Of a stretch of 64,000 bases of DNA, positions 1 through 12,672 are shown piece by piece; positions within the stretch are counted from its first letter, which is position 1; every line of letters starts with the position of its first letter. Source of the DNA: Auanema rhodensis (taxonomy: Eukaryota > Animalia > Nematoda); NCBI GenBank assembly GCA_964057225.1, contig OZ059894.1, positions 8,804,001 to 8,868,000 of the forward strand, in the 5' to 3' direction. The position numbers and the translations under genes were made by a program. The notes below the pieces were generated by a model that was not told where the DNA came from, did no database searches, and saw only the letters and a program-made list of their open reading frames with translations.

Positions 1-3000
1 GTCAGTAGCTCAATGGGAATCTCAATTGAAAATCGCTCAACAAGAATTGGAACATTCTAAAGAACGAGTTCGTGAACTTGAAGGTTGCATTTCCCATTTC
101 GATCATGAATATCAACTTGATATCATTTTAGAAGAACGTAGTAGAGTTATTGGTTCATCAGATGTTGAGAAGAAGCGTTTGCTTGATGAAGCCCATGAGC
201 AAAGAGATAAGGTAACTTATTCAAAAACCTAAGTGTTATCATGTTCATAATAATACTTTAGGCTGAAGCTGCTAATTCTGAACTTGTTCAATTGACGGAG
301 AAACTTACATTAATATCGTCTTCCTTAGCATCAGAAAAATCAAAGTCTCACGAGTTGGAAGATAAATTGACTAAGCTGGCAAAGGTAGAAACTTCCGACA
401 AACTTAGATTATTGTTCATACTACTTGATATAGGAACTAGAAGAAGCTAAGGCTACTGCTAATACATCATCCGAAGCCAAAACTCTCATATCTGAAATTG
501 AAGCTCAGAATGTACAACTAAAGAAACAGCTAGAAGCTTTAGAAGAAGATTCAAAGACTAAATTATCCGAAAGTGTAGTAAAAGGCGAATTGCTTGAAAA
601 GCAAATTAGTGATATGAAAGCAGCTCGAGTAGCTTCTGATAATCAACGACGAGAGATGGAAGAACGCATAGAGGCAGTAGAGAAATTAGAGAAGAAGGTA
701 CTTTGAATTAAATAAAATTATAATTTATATCTTATGATATGATGTTGTAGGTAGCAGATCTTGATGCAAAGTTATTAGCAAGCAGTAAAGCACAGCAAGA
801 ACATTTATTAAATTTGAAAAACATGACAGAATTACTAGAGTCTGAATCTAAACGGGTAGAAGAAGCAGCTCAAGAAAAACGAAGGTAACACATATAATAT
901 GAAAAATTATATTTTCTAATTTATTAAATGTTTTAAGATTAAAAGATAAATTAGAAGAAGTTGAACGTAATTTTGCTGAAGCTCAACAAAATCCACAAGA
1001 AAATGTATGTGAATCATTCATTTCATTTTGATTTATCAAGTAAATTATATATTTTTAGGACGGTGCTTTAATTGCTGAAAATGCTCGATTAGCCAGTGAA
1101 TTATTGAAAGCTCGATCTCATACAGAACAAGCTATAGAGAATGAGCGTGAGCAAATGGAAAAACAGTTCGAAATTAGGATGACTTCGTGAGTTTTTCATA
1201 TATTCAGAATACAATTTCTATAGTTTAATATTTCTAATTTATTATTTCATTTTTAGACTTAATAATCAATTAGCTGCTTCAACTTCTCGAATTGAGGAAT
1301 TGAATAGAACAATTGTGCAAACAGAAAAGAAGTAAGTAGTTATTTTAAATATATTTTAATTATGCTAACTATATGTAATATATTTGTAAATTATTACTTA
1401 TTTCACATTTTTTTAGGAGAAAAGATGAAGTAGCTGCTGTTTATAATGAAATGGATATGGTGAAGAATGAAAGAGCACGTCTTCAGACCAAAATAGATGA
1501 GTATGTTTCACATATTATTCTTATAAACTAAAACATAAAACAAATCGTTTATAGAATGTATAATAATTCATCTTCAATGAATCCGAATAGAAGAATATCG
1601 AATATGAGTGCCATAACTAACTTTAGTACAGCTGATTTTTCGGAAATTGAAGATGTTGAAATATTGAGACGAGAAATTGACAAGTAAGTAACATCTATAT
1701 ATTCTTTCTTTTATATTTTGTCCTCAGAAAAAAATTTATTTGATTGCTGATCAAATTTTAAGAGAAAAAACCCTTTGTATAGTATTCAACTAAGAATTTA
1801 TATATAATTTTATATAAATTATATGCTTTTATTATATTAGATAGGTAGTCCTTATTCTCTCTACAGGTGGTTAAACAATCAGAAATTCGTTTTATGAAGT
1901 TATAGCTGACTAACACTTCATGAATAGTCCTTAACCAATTGGTTATATAGCCACTTAACCAATTAGATCATGATGCCGACATGATAAGTGCTTGGGAATA
2001 TAATGAAGTTTGAAGTCTGTTGCTTCTAACTGTTTCTTTGAGTTTCTTCAAATCATATGGGCAGATAAGCACATCTTGATAAGGTAGAATATAAAAATTC
2101 TGATGATTGATCCCTCATCGCGATACTTCCTGTGTGACTGCTAGTGACTTTCAGGAACTTAACTGTATAACCTATTTGGGAGGGTATGGAGCACTCTTTC
2201 TCTTACTATCTCTCTTCCTTGTTCTACTCTTTTTCATTTTGTTTACTCTCACCTTTTCGCGCTTCTCTCATAAGATGCTAGAGGTCAGGTCATGGGGTAC
2301 CAGAAATAGAAGAATCTTCCGCTCTGTCTTCTTATCCGTCTGTCTCTCATTTATTTCTCAATCTATCTTTCTACTCATTCATGTCTTTATCTAATACCAT
2401 ATTTGAAGAGCTTTGTGCCATTTGAAAGTCGTTTTGAGAGAAAGAGAGAAGATAGACAGATAGCTCTAGTAAGGCTTCGAAAGAGGCTGAGAAGAGACAA
2501 AGAGCTAAGACAACCTGACTTCTACGTTCGTCCTAAAAGGCTTAACCGGATAAAAGCTCTTGTGATGGATCAGAATAGGTTTCTTTTATTTTCAAGTAAC
2601 TAACCATATGGTCATTATTTGAAAATCCCTTAGTTTTTAGTGAAAACATAATTGAAGTTATCAACACATTCCCTAATTGGCTTTCGGTTATCCAAAAGAA
2701 GTTGCAAGAGCGTGGGAATGTCAATGAGCATTAGTATAGTTGCATGTTATATCCAGCTTTTTTACGTGTTCAACGACCTTTCCTAATTATCCACCAGCAA
2801 CTTTTTTTTTCATTTTTTTCATTTCATCATCACAACTGTCTCCCTCTTAACTCTTCTAATTCATTCATGACTTTTTCATCATTCTTTTTCTGTTGACGGA
2901 AACGTCATCAACACTTCCGTGCGCGGTTTGCTACGTTCCCATGAAATGTAGACAGAAAATTGAGAAAAAATTCTAGTAGGAGCATCTCCTTCTCAGCGTG

Positions 3001-6000
3001 TAATGCCTTCTGGGACAGAAAAAAACTAGTCGCCCTCTGCAGACAGATACGACAGGTAGATACGACGGCAGCATTGTGGAGAGCAGAGAAAGATGATGCA
3101 AAAAGAGCAGACAAAGCATGAGAGCTAGTCAAAAACAGCCAAGAGTGGTGTGGTGCATCGTTGAAGAGAGAGAAATCGGGAATTTCGACGACAACGACGA
3201 CAAATGATGAATTTGAGAAACAGTCATTGCTCAGTGTGTAGAGGACAATGCACTTTCACGAGCTGCTCCGAGAGATGTACGGCAGTTTTGCTATCAAGGT
3301 GGTTTGTCGTCGGTTGCTCAAAGAAAAAAAAGGCAACAGCAGATAAATGGTTCCGGAAATTCCGTATGCACTTTGATGATCAGACTGGAATGGAACTATG
3401 ACTCTGACGTTTAAGTGCAATCTTTCTTGTCCCAAAACTGCAGAAGCACAGTCGAACCTAAATCGTATTTATTGAATCTAGAGCTATACGAAAAGGACAA
3501 CTCAAGGTGTCATCTAGATACAAAAAAACCGGAATTTCAATGAAGATATTTTACTGATTATAATAGAAATTTAATTCTGTATAACTACGTGAGATTCTTG
3601 AATACAATAGAAAAACAGAAATAAGTTCAGTATTTTCTCTATTCGCCATCCCTGTGCCCTCTTACTATCTAAGCTTGTTTGGTAGAATATAGTTATTTTG
3701 AGGTTTAGTGAAGGTTGTATATGAATATGAAAGAGATATAAGAATATTATATCAAATGATTCATCATTCACTATCATCAAATAAGAATCATAAATGGTTA
3801 ATGATAGATGAAATATATAGCTGAAGAAGCCAGGTGATGACAAATCAGAATAGCATCTTCTCTTCTATCTTTCTCTATGTTCTAGCCGTTTGCCTTTTTC
3901 TTATTTCCGACTAACACCTCAATGCTCTTACATCTAATAAGTCGTAAAAATGACCGTAAAACATCGGAAAAAGATTATTCTGATTCTATGATGAATCTAT
4001 AAGTGGCCTAAGCACCGAATAACCACAGTTATGACGTGCCAGGTCAGAATCGACAACAACATCGATACGATATAGAATGTACGAGCCAGCCGATAGCATG
4101 TATTCTCACGTTGTGAAGCAAAAAACATCTGCAAATGGCTTTTCTTTTCAAAATCGCTTCAAATTTTTGATGAATGATGATGACAGAGAACAAGCCATTC
4201 ATCAAACTACCGCATTCAGATCGTTCATATCTTCATGCGCTATTGCATTGACCAAGTGTCCGGAAAAAAGTCTTCCGTCATCTCATTGATTGGCTTTTCA
4301 TGTTTTTCTGATCATTAGTTGAACCAGCATTCGAACAAGGCTACTGTTTCTTTTTTTTATGCCGGAAACCTTTTTGTTTGAAATGTGCCCGCTGGCCGTG
4401 TTCTATCTATTTTTTCAATAAAATTGATTGAATCATGAATAGTACTTGCTTTAAGATCTTGTCAATCAAGTTAAATGTTGAGCTCATGTTAAGAAGGTTG
4501 TTACAAGTTTAGTCCCTCATATACCTTTGATGCAAGTTGAGTAGTAGTTCATTCTGAATATCTAAGTAGTAGCGGGATTGCATCAATGATCGGCAGAAGA
4601 CAAAGCACTATGCCACTTGACTTGTATACTAGTAGAATGATGCTGCTGCGTACTGTTAGCTTACCTTTTATTGCATGGTTTCGCTTCTCTTTTTGATCCA
4701 ACATAGTCGACGTTTTAACTTTTCAGGTGATAAGTAGGTGAGAAGATCATATTGAGATAAATGTTCTATTTATAATACTATGTATGACTATTCATAACTA
4801 TTCTTATATATATATTATATATTATGTGATATAAGACGAGATGAAGTAATTGGAGACTTAGAAACATTCCACAAGAGCTCATGAAGACATTGAGTGAGTG
4901 AGGTAGAGAGAGAAGGAATTCAAGAGATATAGGTATAGTTGACTCTCAAGCGTACTGTATGCTTCTGTGGCGGAAAGATTTTGTATTCCGGAACCGTCTA
5001 TTGTGCCGTATTGGGTTTCCAACTCAAAGCAGTCCCGACGTGGATTGATGTCGAGCATATCAGGTTGCTAAGCATCATGAAATGATGACGAAGACGACAT
5101 TGATGTATGTTATTGCCGATGTTTTGGCAAGTGCTTGAAATACCTTGAACATCTGTTCATTGATGTGCTTATATGATATTACTTTGAAGAGCTTTTCATT
5201 CAAAGAAAATTAATGATTATAACGTAAAAGAAAATTACATCTACAGAAGCTTACACACTTTCTGAACAGATTCAGATTCAGATACATGTGAAATTTAGAA
5301 TCTGTTTCTCAGCCCCCTTTCTCGCTTTCTCTATTATTTCCAATTTTTTTCTTATATCTTGTATTTCTCTTATAACTATTCGAGTCTATACCATTAAGCC
5401 TAAGTAGCCTTTTATGAAGAGAGTAAAACTTAACACAGAAATATAAGGAGGCACAGAAGATATCTGAACTTTAGGAAGCACGTAGAGGTCGAGGGGTTAG
5501 GATACTAGCTAGGTGGTTTTCGCCGGCTTCTTCGACCAAACGGCCGGTAAACATCGTCGCTTGCTGCACATGTTTGATGATGCCGCCATCGGCTAGCTGA
5601 ACTTATGGATCAGGCTCAGGGGTTCCGTTGCACAACAGCGGAAGCCACTTGAGATTATTCGTCGTTTCGTGATTCGAGCAGTGTCGGCCCGGACACAGTC
5701 GGCTTGGGCTTTCCGGTTGACCCTGTGCAAGTTACAGTCGAGTATGATGGATGCATGGATCACATTTCAAAAACCAACTTTCCTCCTCATATCATGATGT
5801 TCTGATAATATTTCTGTACAGAAAATGAACAAAGCATGCAATAATCAGAATGCTTCACACACAAGAAGGAAATAAGCAGAGATAAACGGCCAATATGACA
5901 GAATTGGAAGTGAAATTCAATAGCAATAATCGGCAGATGTACTCATGACCCCTAGGGCAAGCGCTCATTGCCTTAATTTCTCTGAATAGATATAGATATT

Positions 6001-6217
6001 GAATTGGAAAGTGGCACTTCTTGCCTGAAGGCACGCTTCTTATGAAATTAAAAAAGAAAAATTCATGTCCCCAATTCTCATTTTTTCCTCATTGGACTCT
6101 ATAACCCAAAAATGAAAACTATAATAACTATACCGAATATATTAATATTTTTTCAATTTCAGACAACGAAGGCTCATTATTGTTTTGCGTCGAAAGCTGC
6201 AAGGATTACATTTATAG
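1..6217 (+). CDS. tag-278: 3' part of a long coiled-coil protein gene, tag-278/FAM184-like (5' end outside window)
   Basis: About nine short-intron exons from 2 to 1683 encode E/K/Q/L-rich heptads ending ...RRISNMSAITNFSTADFSEIEDVEILRREIDK. The phase-2 donor at 1684 joins in frame to tttcag|6163-6217, giving QRRLIIVLRRKLQGLHL*. This C-terminus matches my recollection of C. elegans TAG-278 (…EIDRQKRLIIVLRRKLQ); the symbol is from memory and not search-verified. Confidence 0.7.
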
Positions 6218-9200
6218 GTTAACTATACCAAATATGCCGGCTGTCATGTATTCATTGTTCAACAACTTGTTCTAATTGGCCTTAACTATGTAGCTTTTTT
6301 ATTGGGTAGTTTCTATTGAATTCCCGTTGTTCATGTATAGAAACTCATCTGCTTGCCATTAGTCTTATAATTTATAATCATATGTTAACTATATCATATA
6401 GTGATAACTCAGTTCAATTGTCAACCCTGTTTTCATTCAAAAGCTCATAGAATTTATATTTTTTCTCAGATCTAAGATCAATTTTATATTTATTAATATA
6501 TATATATAGAAAAAAGAGATTATCATATAGCCAATTTTACTATTATTATCATTTATAATTATGAAAAAAAAACTTAAATTGAAATTGAAATAAAAGATTT
6601 TTCACTGATTCCCTCTATCAATTTCTATTTTAAATATTTTCAGTTGTTATCTCTTCTCATACAATGCTAAGTAGAGAATATATTCAGACTCAATCGAATT
6701 TCATTCCTGATTAACGATCAACATAGCACACTTGCTTTTCAAAATCATTTTTATCACAATCGGTAACTTGGAATTTCAACCATCCGGTCAACTGTCGATC
6801 TAACTTTCTCAGATTAGATGTCTGTCTGTTTGCTGTAGGTATTGACTTCGCGCCCTATGGGAACGGGTAAAGACAAGCAAAGGCATACTGTATATTACAA
6901 TTTTAACACAAAAAACGAATTGTTTCAACTAAAAAAATAAAATATTTTTGTATATTTTAATTATAAAATAAAAATATAAAAATCAATAAAATTAGTATAG
7001 GTTATTATAAATCTTCATTTATATTATATTGTTATGTAAATGAAGATCTTTAAAATGTTCATATTATGTAATCAAGTGTATTCATATCATCATTATTCAC
7101 AAATCATATATACCGTAATCATTGGAGATATAAACGAATTGTAAAACTATTCAAAGTTGTTTTCTTCATTCATTCATTCATCTACAATTTTCTTTTCAAA
7201 AAAACTATGACAATTTTTGAAATTTATATGTTTTCTGCAGTTTAAAAAGACATTGAAATACGTTTTCATTTCATTTTTATGAAAAGAAATGAGGAAGGAA
7301 GAGAAATATAAAGAAACACTTTCATCTTCCATTAATGATGATTATTTAGATCATCTGAATTGAAAGCAGGAAATAGTGAATGATCTTGATCAGTAGGTAG
7401 AAGCGTACTCGATTACTGCTCGCAATCAAGCGTTATTGCGCTTCTTCTGACAAGGCTGAGTCTGCCTCATATGTGAATTTGATAGAGTTTCATGTATTCC
7501 TGAAGCCTTAGGTCATCTTGTTTCTTTTTTTGTGTAGAAAGTCATCTGCCTGGATATGTTTACAATAGCAGGGTTGCGCATGCGTTATCCAAACTGAGAA
7601 AACCAATATTAGCTTTTGGGTTGTTGCGTTTGAACTTCTGTTGTCTTATTCGTTTCTATGCTGTCTGGCATGTTCAGACCATGGTTCAAGCGGCATGATT
7701 TGATTTTTTTGTTTTTTGGGCATCATTTTTTGATTTTTACTTTTGGGTCCCCCGATTGATGATCGATTGATTGGTCCCTTCACCACGAATCATATGATGA
7801 TGGTTGAGGTGGTGGCGTATGAGACAGACACACATACACACAGTGGATATGCTACGGGGCCTCGTTTCTCCTTCGTCGTCTATTTGCTCAACGTCAACGA
7901 CGACAATCCAGTCGAACCGGAGCGACTCACAGCCGATCGAGAGAATATGATAACGTTAGAGAGACGAGAGAAGACATATAACAAAAGAATTCTATTCTCC
8001 TTTGACTATCAGAGAGATGAAAGGTAAGCTGACGAAGAGAGAAGTAGAGTTAGCCTCACAGAGAACAGAGACATTCAAAATTGACAAGAGACGATTCATT
8101 ATACTGTGCTATTCGAAGAGATTTCACAGCAAGATGATAGAGAGAGCAATCAAGAAAGAATGACGATTCAAAAGAGGTGCAGAATGAGATGCAAGAGAAG
8201 GCGAGATAGAAAAGCTGACTGTAAGGCTAGGACAACCACTATGATCGACGGCGGCTGCGACCGGCTGGTGCTGTTGCTGAAAAGAAAGAGCCAAGTCACG
8301 GGACGGCACGTACCGTAATCCGTGGCTGGACTCCGATCAGAACAGTCTCACTCATTCTATCTATTTCTCTCTCTCTCTTTCCCTCTCTATCTTCCTCTCT
8401 TTCAGAATTCTCGACATCTTCTGTTTCTTCTGTCTGGCTCTCGTTCCTTTTCAACTTTATAGTCCTTCTTCTCCCGTTTTTTCGTCATCTGACAGGGAAT
8501 GATGTGGCTCACGTAAACGCCGAAGCGCTTTGACTTCTCATCCAACTCTCAGAACGCTTTTGTTATTGCTGACAACATGAATAAACTTCGGCGAAGAGTA
8601 GGATGAAGTTCAGCGATAGAAAAGAGTTGAGAATGGCTGGAGAAGTAGAATTGTTTTGTAGAAGACATGGGGAAAACAGAAAAAAATACTGCTGCCACTG
8701 TTGATCCCCTTCCTCCTTCATCACATACGCCGAAATTTCCATTTTAACAATCTTTCAAATGGATTAGAGTATGGCAGCACAAGAGCTTAAGCTCGTTCAA
8801 TAAGAATATTGTGAACGAGGCAGACGATTATGCAATATGAAGAACAGCCAACGGCTGTATCAGAAGATATCTTGAGGGCAAAGACAGCATCAAGTGCCAG
8901 GCAATTGCTACCAAAATTGGCATGTGATTCACAGATGTATTGCTTTCTGCATACTGCTCTGATTGTTATGTTGGATGATGGAACAGTCGGCCGGCTGATC
9001 TCCATCATCAACATGCTTAGCTAATATGGAAACATTACACAAGTTTTAACATCAATTAAGCACAAGCAGATGATACTTATATTGAACAACATAATATTGG
9101 GCGGTAGAGACAAGCAAAGCATAAGCTAGAAGCTAAGAAGAATATGAATTCAATAAGTGAAATGACATAGTGACATAACACAAATTTTTAGAAAACAGAA

Positions 9201-11925
9201 GAGAATAGTACTAGAAAATTATAAAATGCTTATGATAAAAGCTGGCAAAAATATAGATTTGTTGTGTGTTTCTTAGATGTATGTATGTATGTATGCCTTA
9301 GTGTGGACACGAGACCTTCAATATTTACCAGCCTCTAAGAATAAGGTACACACATGTATCACATAGATAATGATCCGTCAAATTTTAAATATCATGCATT
9401 TAAAATATTTTTGAATCATTCAAACCTTTTCTACTAGTTTTTAAAACATATTTCTGAGCTTTAAAAATTGTGGATTGTCATGTTACCCCCCCCCCCTCAC
9501 CCTTTTTCAGAATAAAAGCAACTTTATCTGGATCCCGAAAATAGGTACGAAATATGGATATCTTAACGCCAAACCAGGTAATTCAAGTCCTTTAGTGAGG
9601 ACCAGATGTCTAATTCTCTTTTTCATCTATTGCTCTCCTCATTGCTATTTCCCCTTCTCTTCTTCAATTCTTTATTACTCTCTCCTTCCATTTCTGAACA
9701 ACTCAGCTTACTGGAAACAAAGTGGAAGAGAGAGAGAGAAAGAGGTATTGAGTATCTGACGAAGACATGAAGACAGAAAAAGAGAGAAAGAGGAAGAGAG
9801 GGAGAGAGAGGGGAGAGAGAGAGGGAGTTGGGAAAGAGCACCTCTACCTCTTACCCACCATGTGTACTAGCTCTTCGAACTATGAAATAAAAATGAAATT
9901 TGATATATATAATTAATTAAGTACAACAAGTCCAGTTTTTGTTTCAGTCACTTCATCTGTTTTCATGTTTGGACTCTATTTTCCATTTATTATTTGGAAA
10001 ATTGTCATACGTGGCTTTACCTTGTCTGTAATAACAACTGATGAGAATATCATGTAGGGAATACACCTTCAGTACCTGGACATGTGACCTATATGAGCTT
10101 CGTATGATAGAAAATAGACCCAAATTCATAAGTTTCATCATTCTAAATGAACTTATAAGGACAGTGGCCTTCTCAATTTCGTCGTTTGCCCCCTTTAAAT
10201 TCGGCTCTTGTCTCGTTCTTTTTGCTTTGTCCTTTTAGCAAAAACTTGCGATGATTGTCCGTCTCTTTTCTCTCTCTCTTTTATTCTTCCTTTCTCTTGA
10301 TCTTCTATACTATTTTCGGGTTTTTCCTTTTTTCTCTTCTTTTCACTTACTGTCATACCTCCTGGATCGCGAAGAGAGGCTTCTCATTGATCGTGATAAA
10401 GAGGAGAGACAGAACGTTGTCTCTTCCTGAGCTGAAACGACAATCATGATCTCCCTCCCAAGTCGAGAGAAAATTGAAAAATCATTGAGGACTGAGAGGC
10501 TTAGAATGAGGTGAACCAAACGACGAAGACTGTCTTTGTACGATGATGAGAGCGAAGAGCCTTCGCCAAGTGACATGACGACGACGACGACATAGACGTC
10601 TGTCGTCGTCGACAATCTACTCTCCCTTCTTCTTTCCATCTTGCTGCGTCTCCACGAGCGGAAAACGAATAAGTGAGACTAGTCAGTGATGACTAAGCTG
10701 AAGCTCATCTCCTGAGCACAGTGCTAAGCGATATGCTGCATCACTTCAGCCTATGAGTTAGTCACATGTCTGCTTTCGTTATAGCTCTTAGATATTTCAT
10801 TATACGGACTGAGGATGAAAGTTGGATGGGTCGATATTATCGATGAGATGTCACCTTGCCATAAATGGCTTTGGGCAGTTGAGCAAACATTCATCAGCGT
10901 ATAGATGGGGAGGTCGAAGTCAGGTGATGGGAAGGATTGGTCACAGAAACGGTTGACCTTAGTTCAGCTTATCCGCTTCTTTCAAAGTGCGTTCCGCTGA
11001 AAGCTTTCTCTTTCAATCCTAATCACGTCTTGTCTTCCATCCACTCCCTCAATACTTCATATCCCTTTGCAGGACATATATTCTCGTTTATGCAGTAAAG
11101 TACGAAGTAGAATATCAGCCAGTTGTCTCATGGACGGAAAGCCATTGTCTTGTTGCCCGGATGGATCAGTCCAAACAGTTATAGAATCTCGGCCACAATG
11201 ACCTATTCTTATACGGTCATCAGCGAACTTCGCTGTTGCTCCTTCCACTCAATATGTTCCTTATATGGTCATAATAGTCTTTGTAAGAAGGTCTAGTAGT
11301 CGAATTGACAAGACACTATAGATTTAAAGAACACGTGTATTATATAGATGATCTGTGTCTGTGTGTCTGGGGCCATCGGATATGGACAATGAAAATAGCA
11401 CTTCCGACAGAAAAGGATGCACTCAATAGAACTCAGAAGAGGATTGAAAAGAGTAAGAAAGATTGAGAGGGAGAGAAATAGAGAGGAAAAACAAAATAAC
11501 TATAGAATGAGAGAGCATAGAGAAGCGTAAAATAGAAGACAGTAAAGTGACCAATGTTGATGATGAGGACAGATATCGTCCACTCGGCAGTTGCCGTATA
11601 AGGACTTCAACTTAAAGAATCTGAAGGTTGGAGTAATAGGTTGTTGGTTGTTACTCATCATGTTTCAAACCACTGACAACAGTTGGCGATAGTTGCCAAT
11701 TATGTGAACAATATCAGATGCTGCTAAACGCGGAGCTTGTTAAACATCAAAGTTCTAAGAGACTTTCAAGATTTTATCGGATCGCAACAAAGCTTCTTGC
11801 ATGAAACTTGATTTCTTTGAACTTGAACTAGCAAAAGCTTTCCGTTTGTGCTCTTGTACCGAAAGAACAATATTCTGTAGTATGTATATGGTGATGTGGA
11901 AGAGAAAATAAATAATATTTCAAGT

Positions 11926-11931
11926 TTTATT
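11926..11931 (-). terminator. Probable polyadenylation signal of pha-4 copy A
   Basis: AATAAA on the minus strand, within a ~80 bp block homologous to 17713-17796 at the end of copy B. Confidence 0.6.
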
Positions 11932-12065
11932 GCACATAATACATTCTTTTGTATCTCTAATATGGAAAAAATAAATATTCATAAATGTTTTCAATTTCTA
12001 ACCGCAGAATGAAAACAAACGGGAAACAAGCTTGAGATGAAACATTGATGGACACTACGGTTATC

Positions 12066-12656
12066 CCTGAAGAATCACAACCTAAGAAGACTTGTGTGTA
12101 CACGAGATAAAAGTTGTTTTTTGTAGTTTTTTTGAAAAAAAATTGAAGAAAATTCAACGATGAATGAATGAGAATCACAATAAGAATCAACAATAAAAGG
12201 AAGAAAATGAAGATTATTATGAAAATTTCTATATTAGGCATAAGGAGACATGAAGACAGATGGGAGGAATCACCACGAAAAACCGTAAACAGAGCGAATC
12301 GGATGATGATAAGTACGGAGATGATGGAGAAATGACAGTTGTAAAGACAGACTTTAGATGGTTACACGATCTATGCTCTTGCTTCTCGGCTTATAATCCA
12401 CTTCATAAGGCACTGATCATGTGAAAAGGCTTTAAGCTTCATAATCAAGCTCTAACTTCACTACTGAGTAAAGTGATTATAAACTGAAGAAAGACAAGAA
12501 ATAGAACATAGATCGGCAACTAAGGCATCATGTGAACCAGTGAGAAGTATATATATTGATTGATTGTTTGTTTGTTTATTTATTTGTTCGATTGTTTATC
12601 AATCAAATCAACAGCTGATCGAGTGTCTCAGCTTATTTGTCTATGTACAGATAGGC
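12066..12656 (-). repeat. 591 bp 3'UTR tract of pha-4 copy A, identical to 18143-18733
   Basis: Constant offset of 6077 at both ends, no differences seen by eye, and identical spurious ORF translations in the ORF track. Confidence 0.93.
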
Positions 12657-12672
12657 AGACCAGTATTCATGC

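Noticed and set aside
4562-4620. ctaagtagtagcg, resembling miR-252
   Set aside because: Only the 5' half matches and the putative hairpin pairs poorly.
4898-4920. tgaggtag let-7-family seed
   Set aside because: Followed by GA low-complexity sequence with no convincing star arm.
7770-7810. attggtcccttcacca, resembling miR-133/mir-245
   Set aside because: It would lie on the wrong arm of a short, weak hairpin.
6218-11900. Short ORFs in the downstream desert (also those in 1900-6100 and 24700-34200)
   Set aside because: Mostly TTG/GTG starts, GA/CT-derived composition, and no splice-consistent multi-exon model or recognisable domain.
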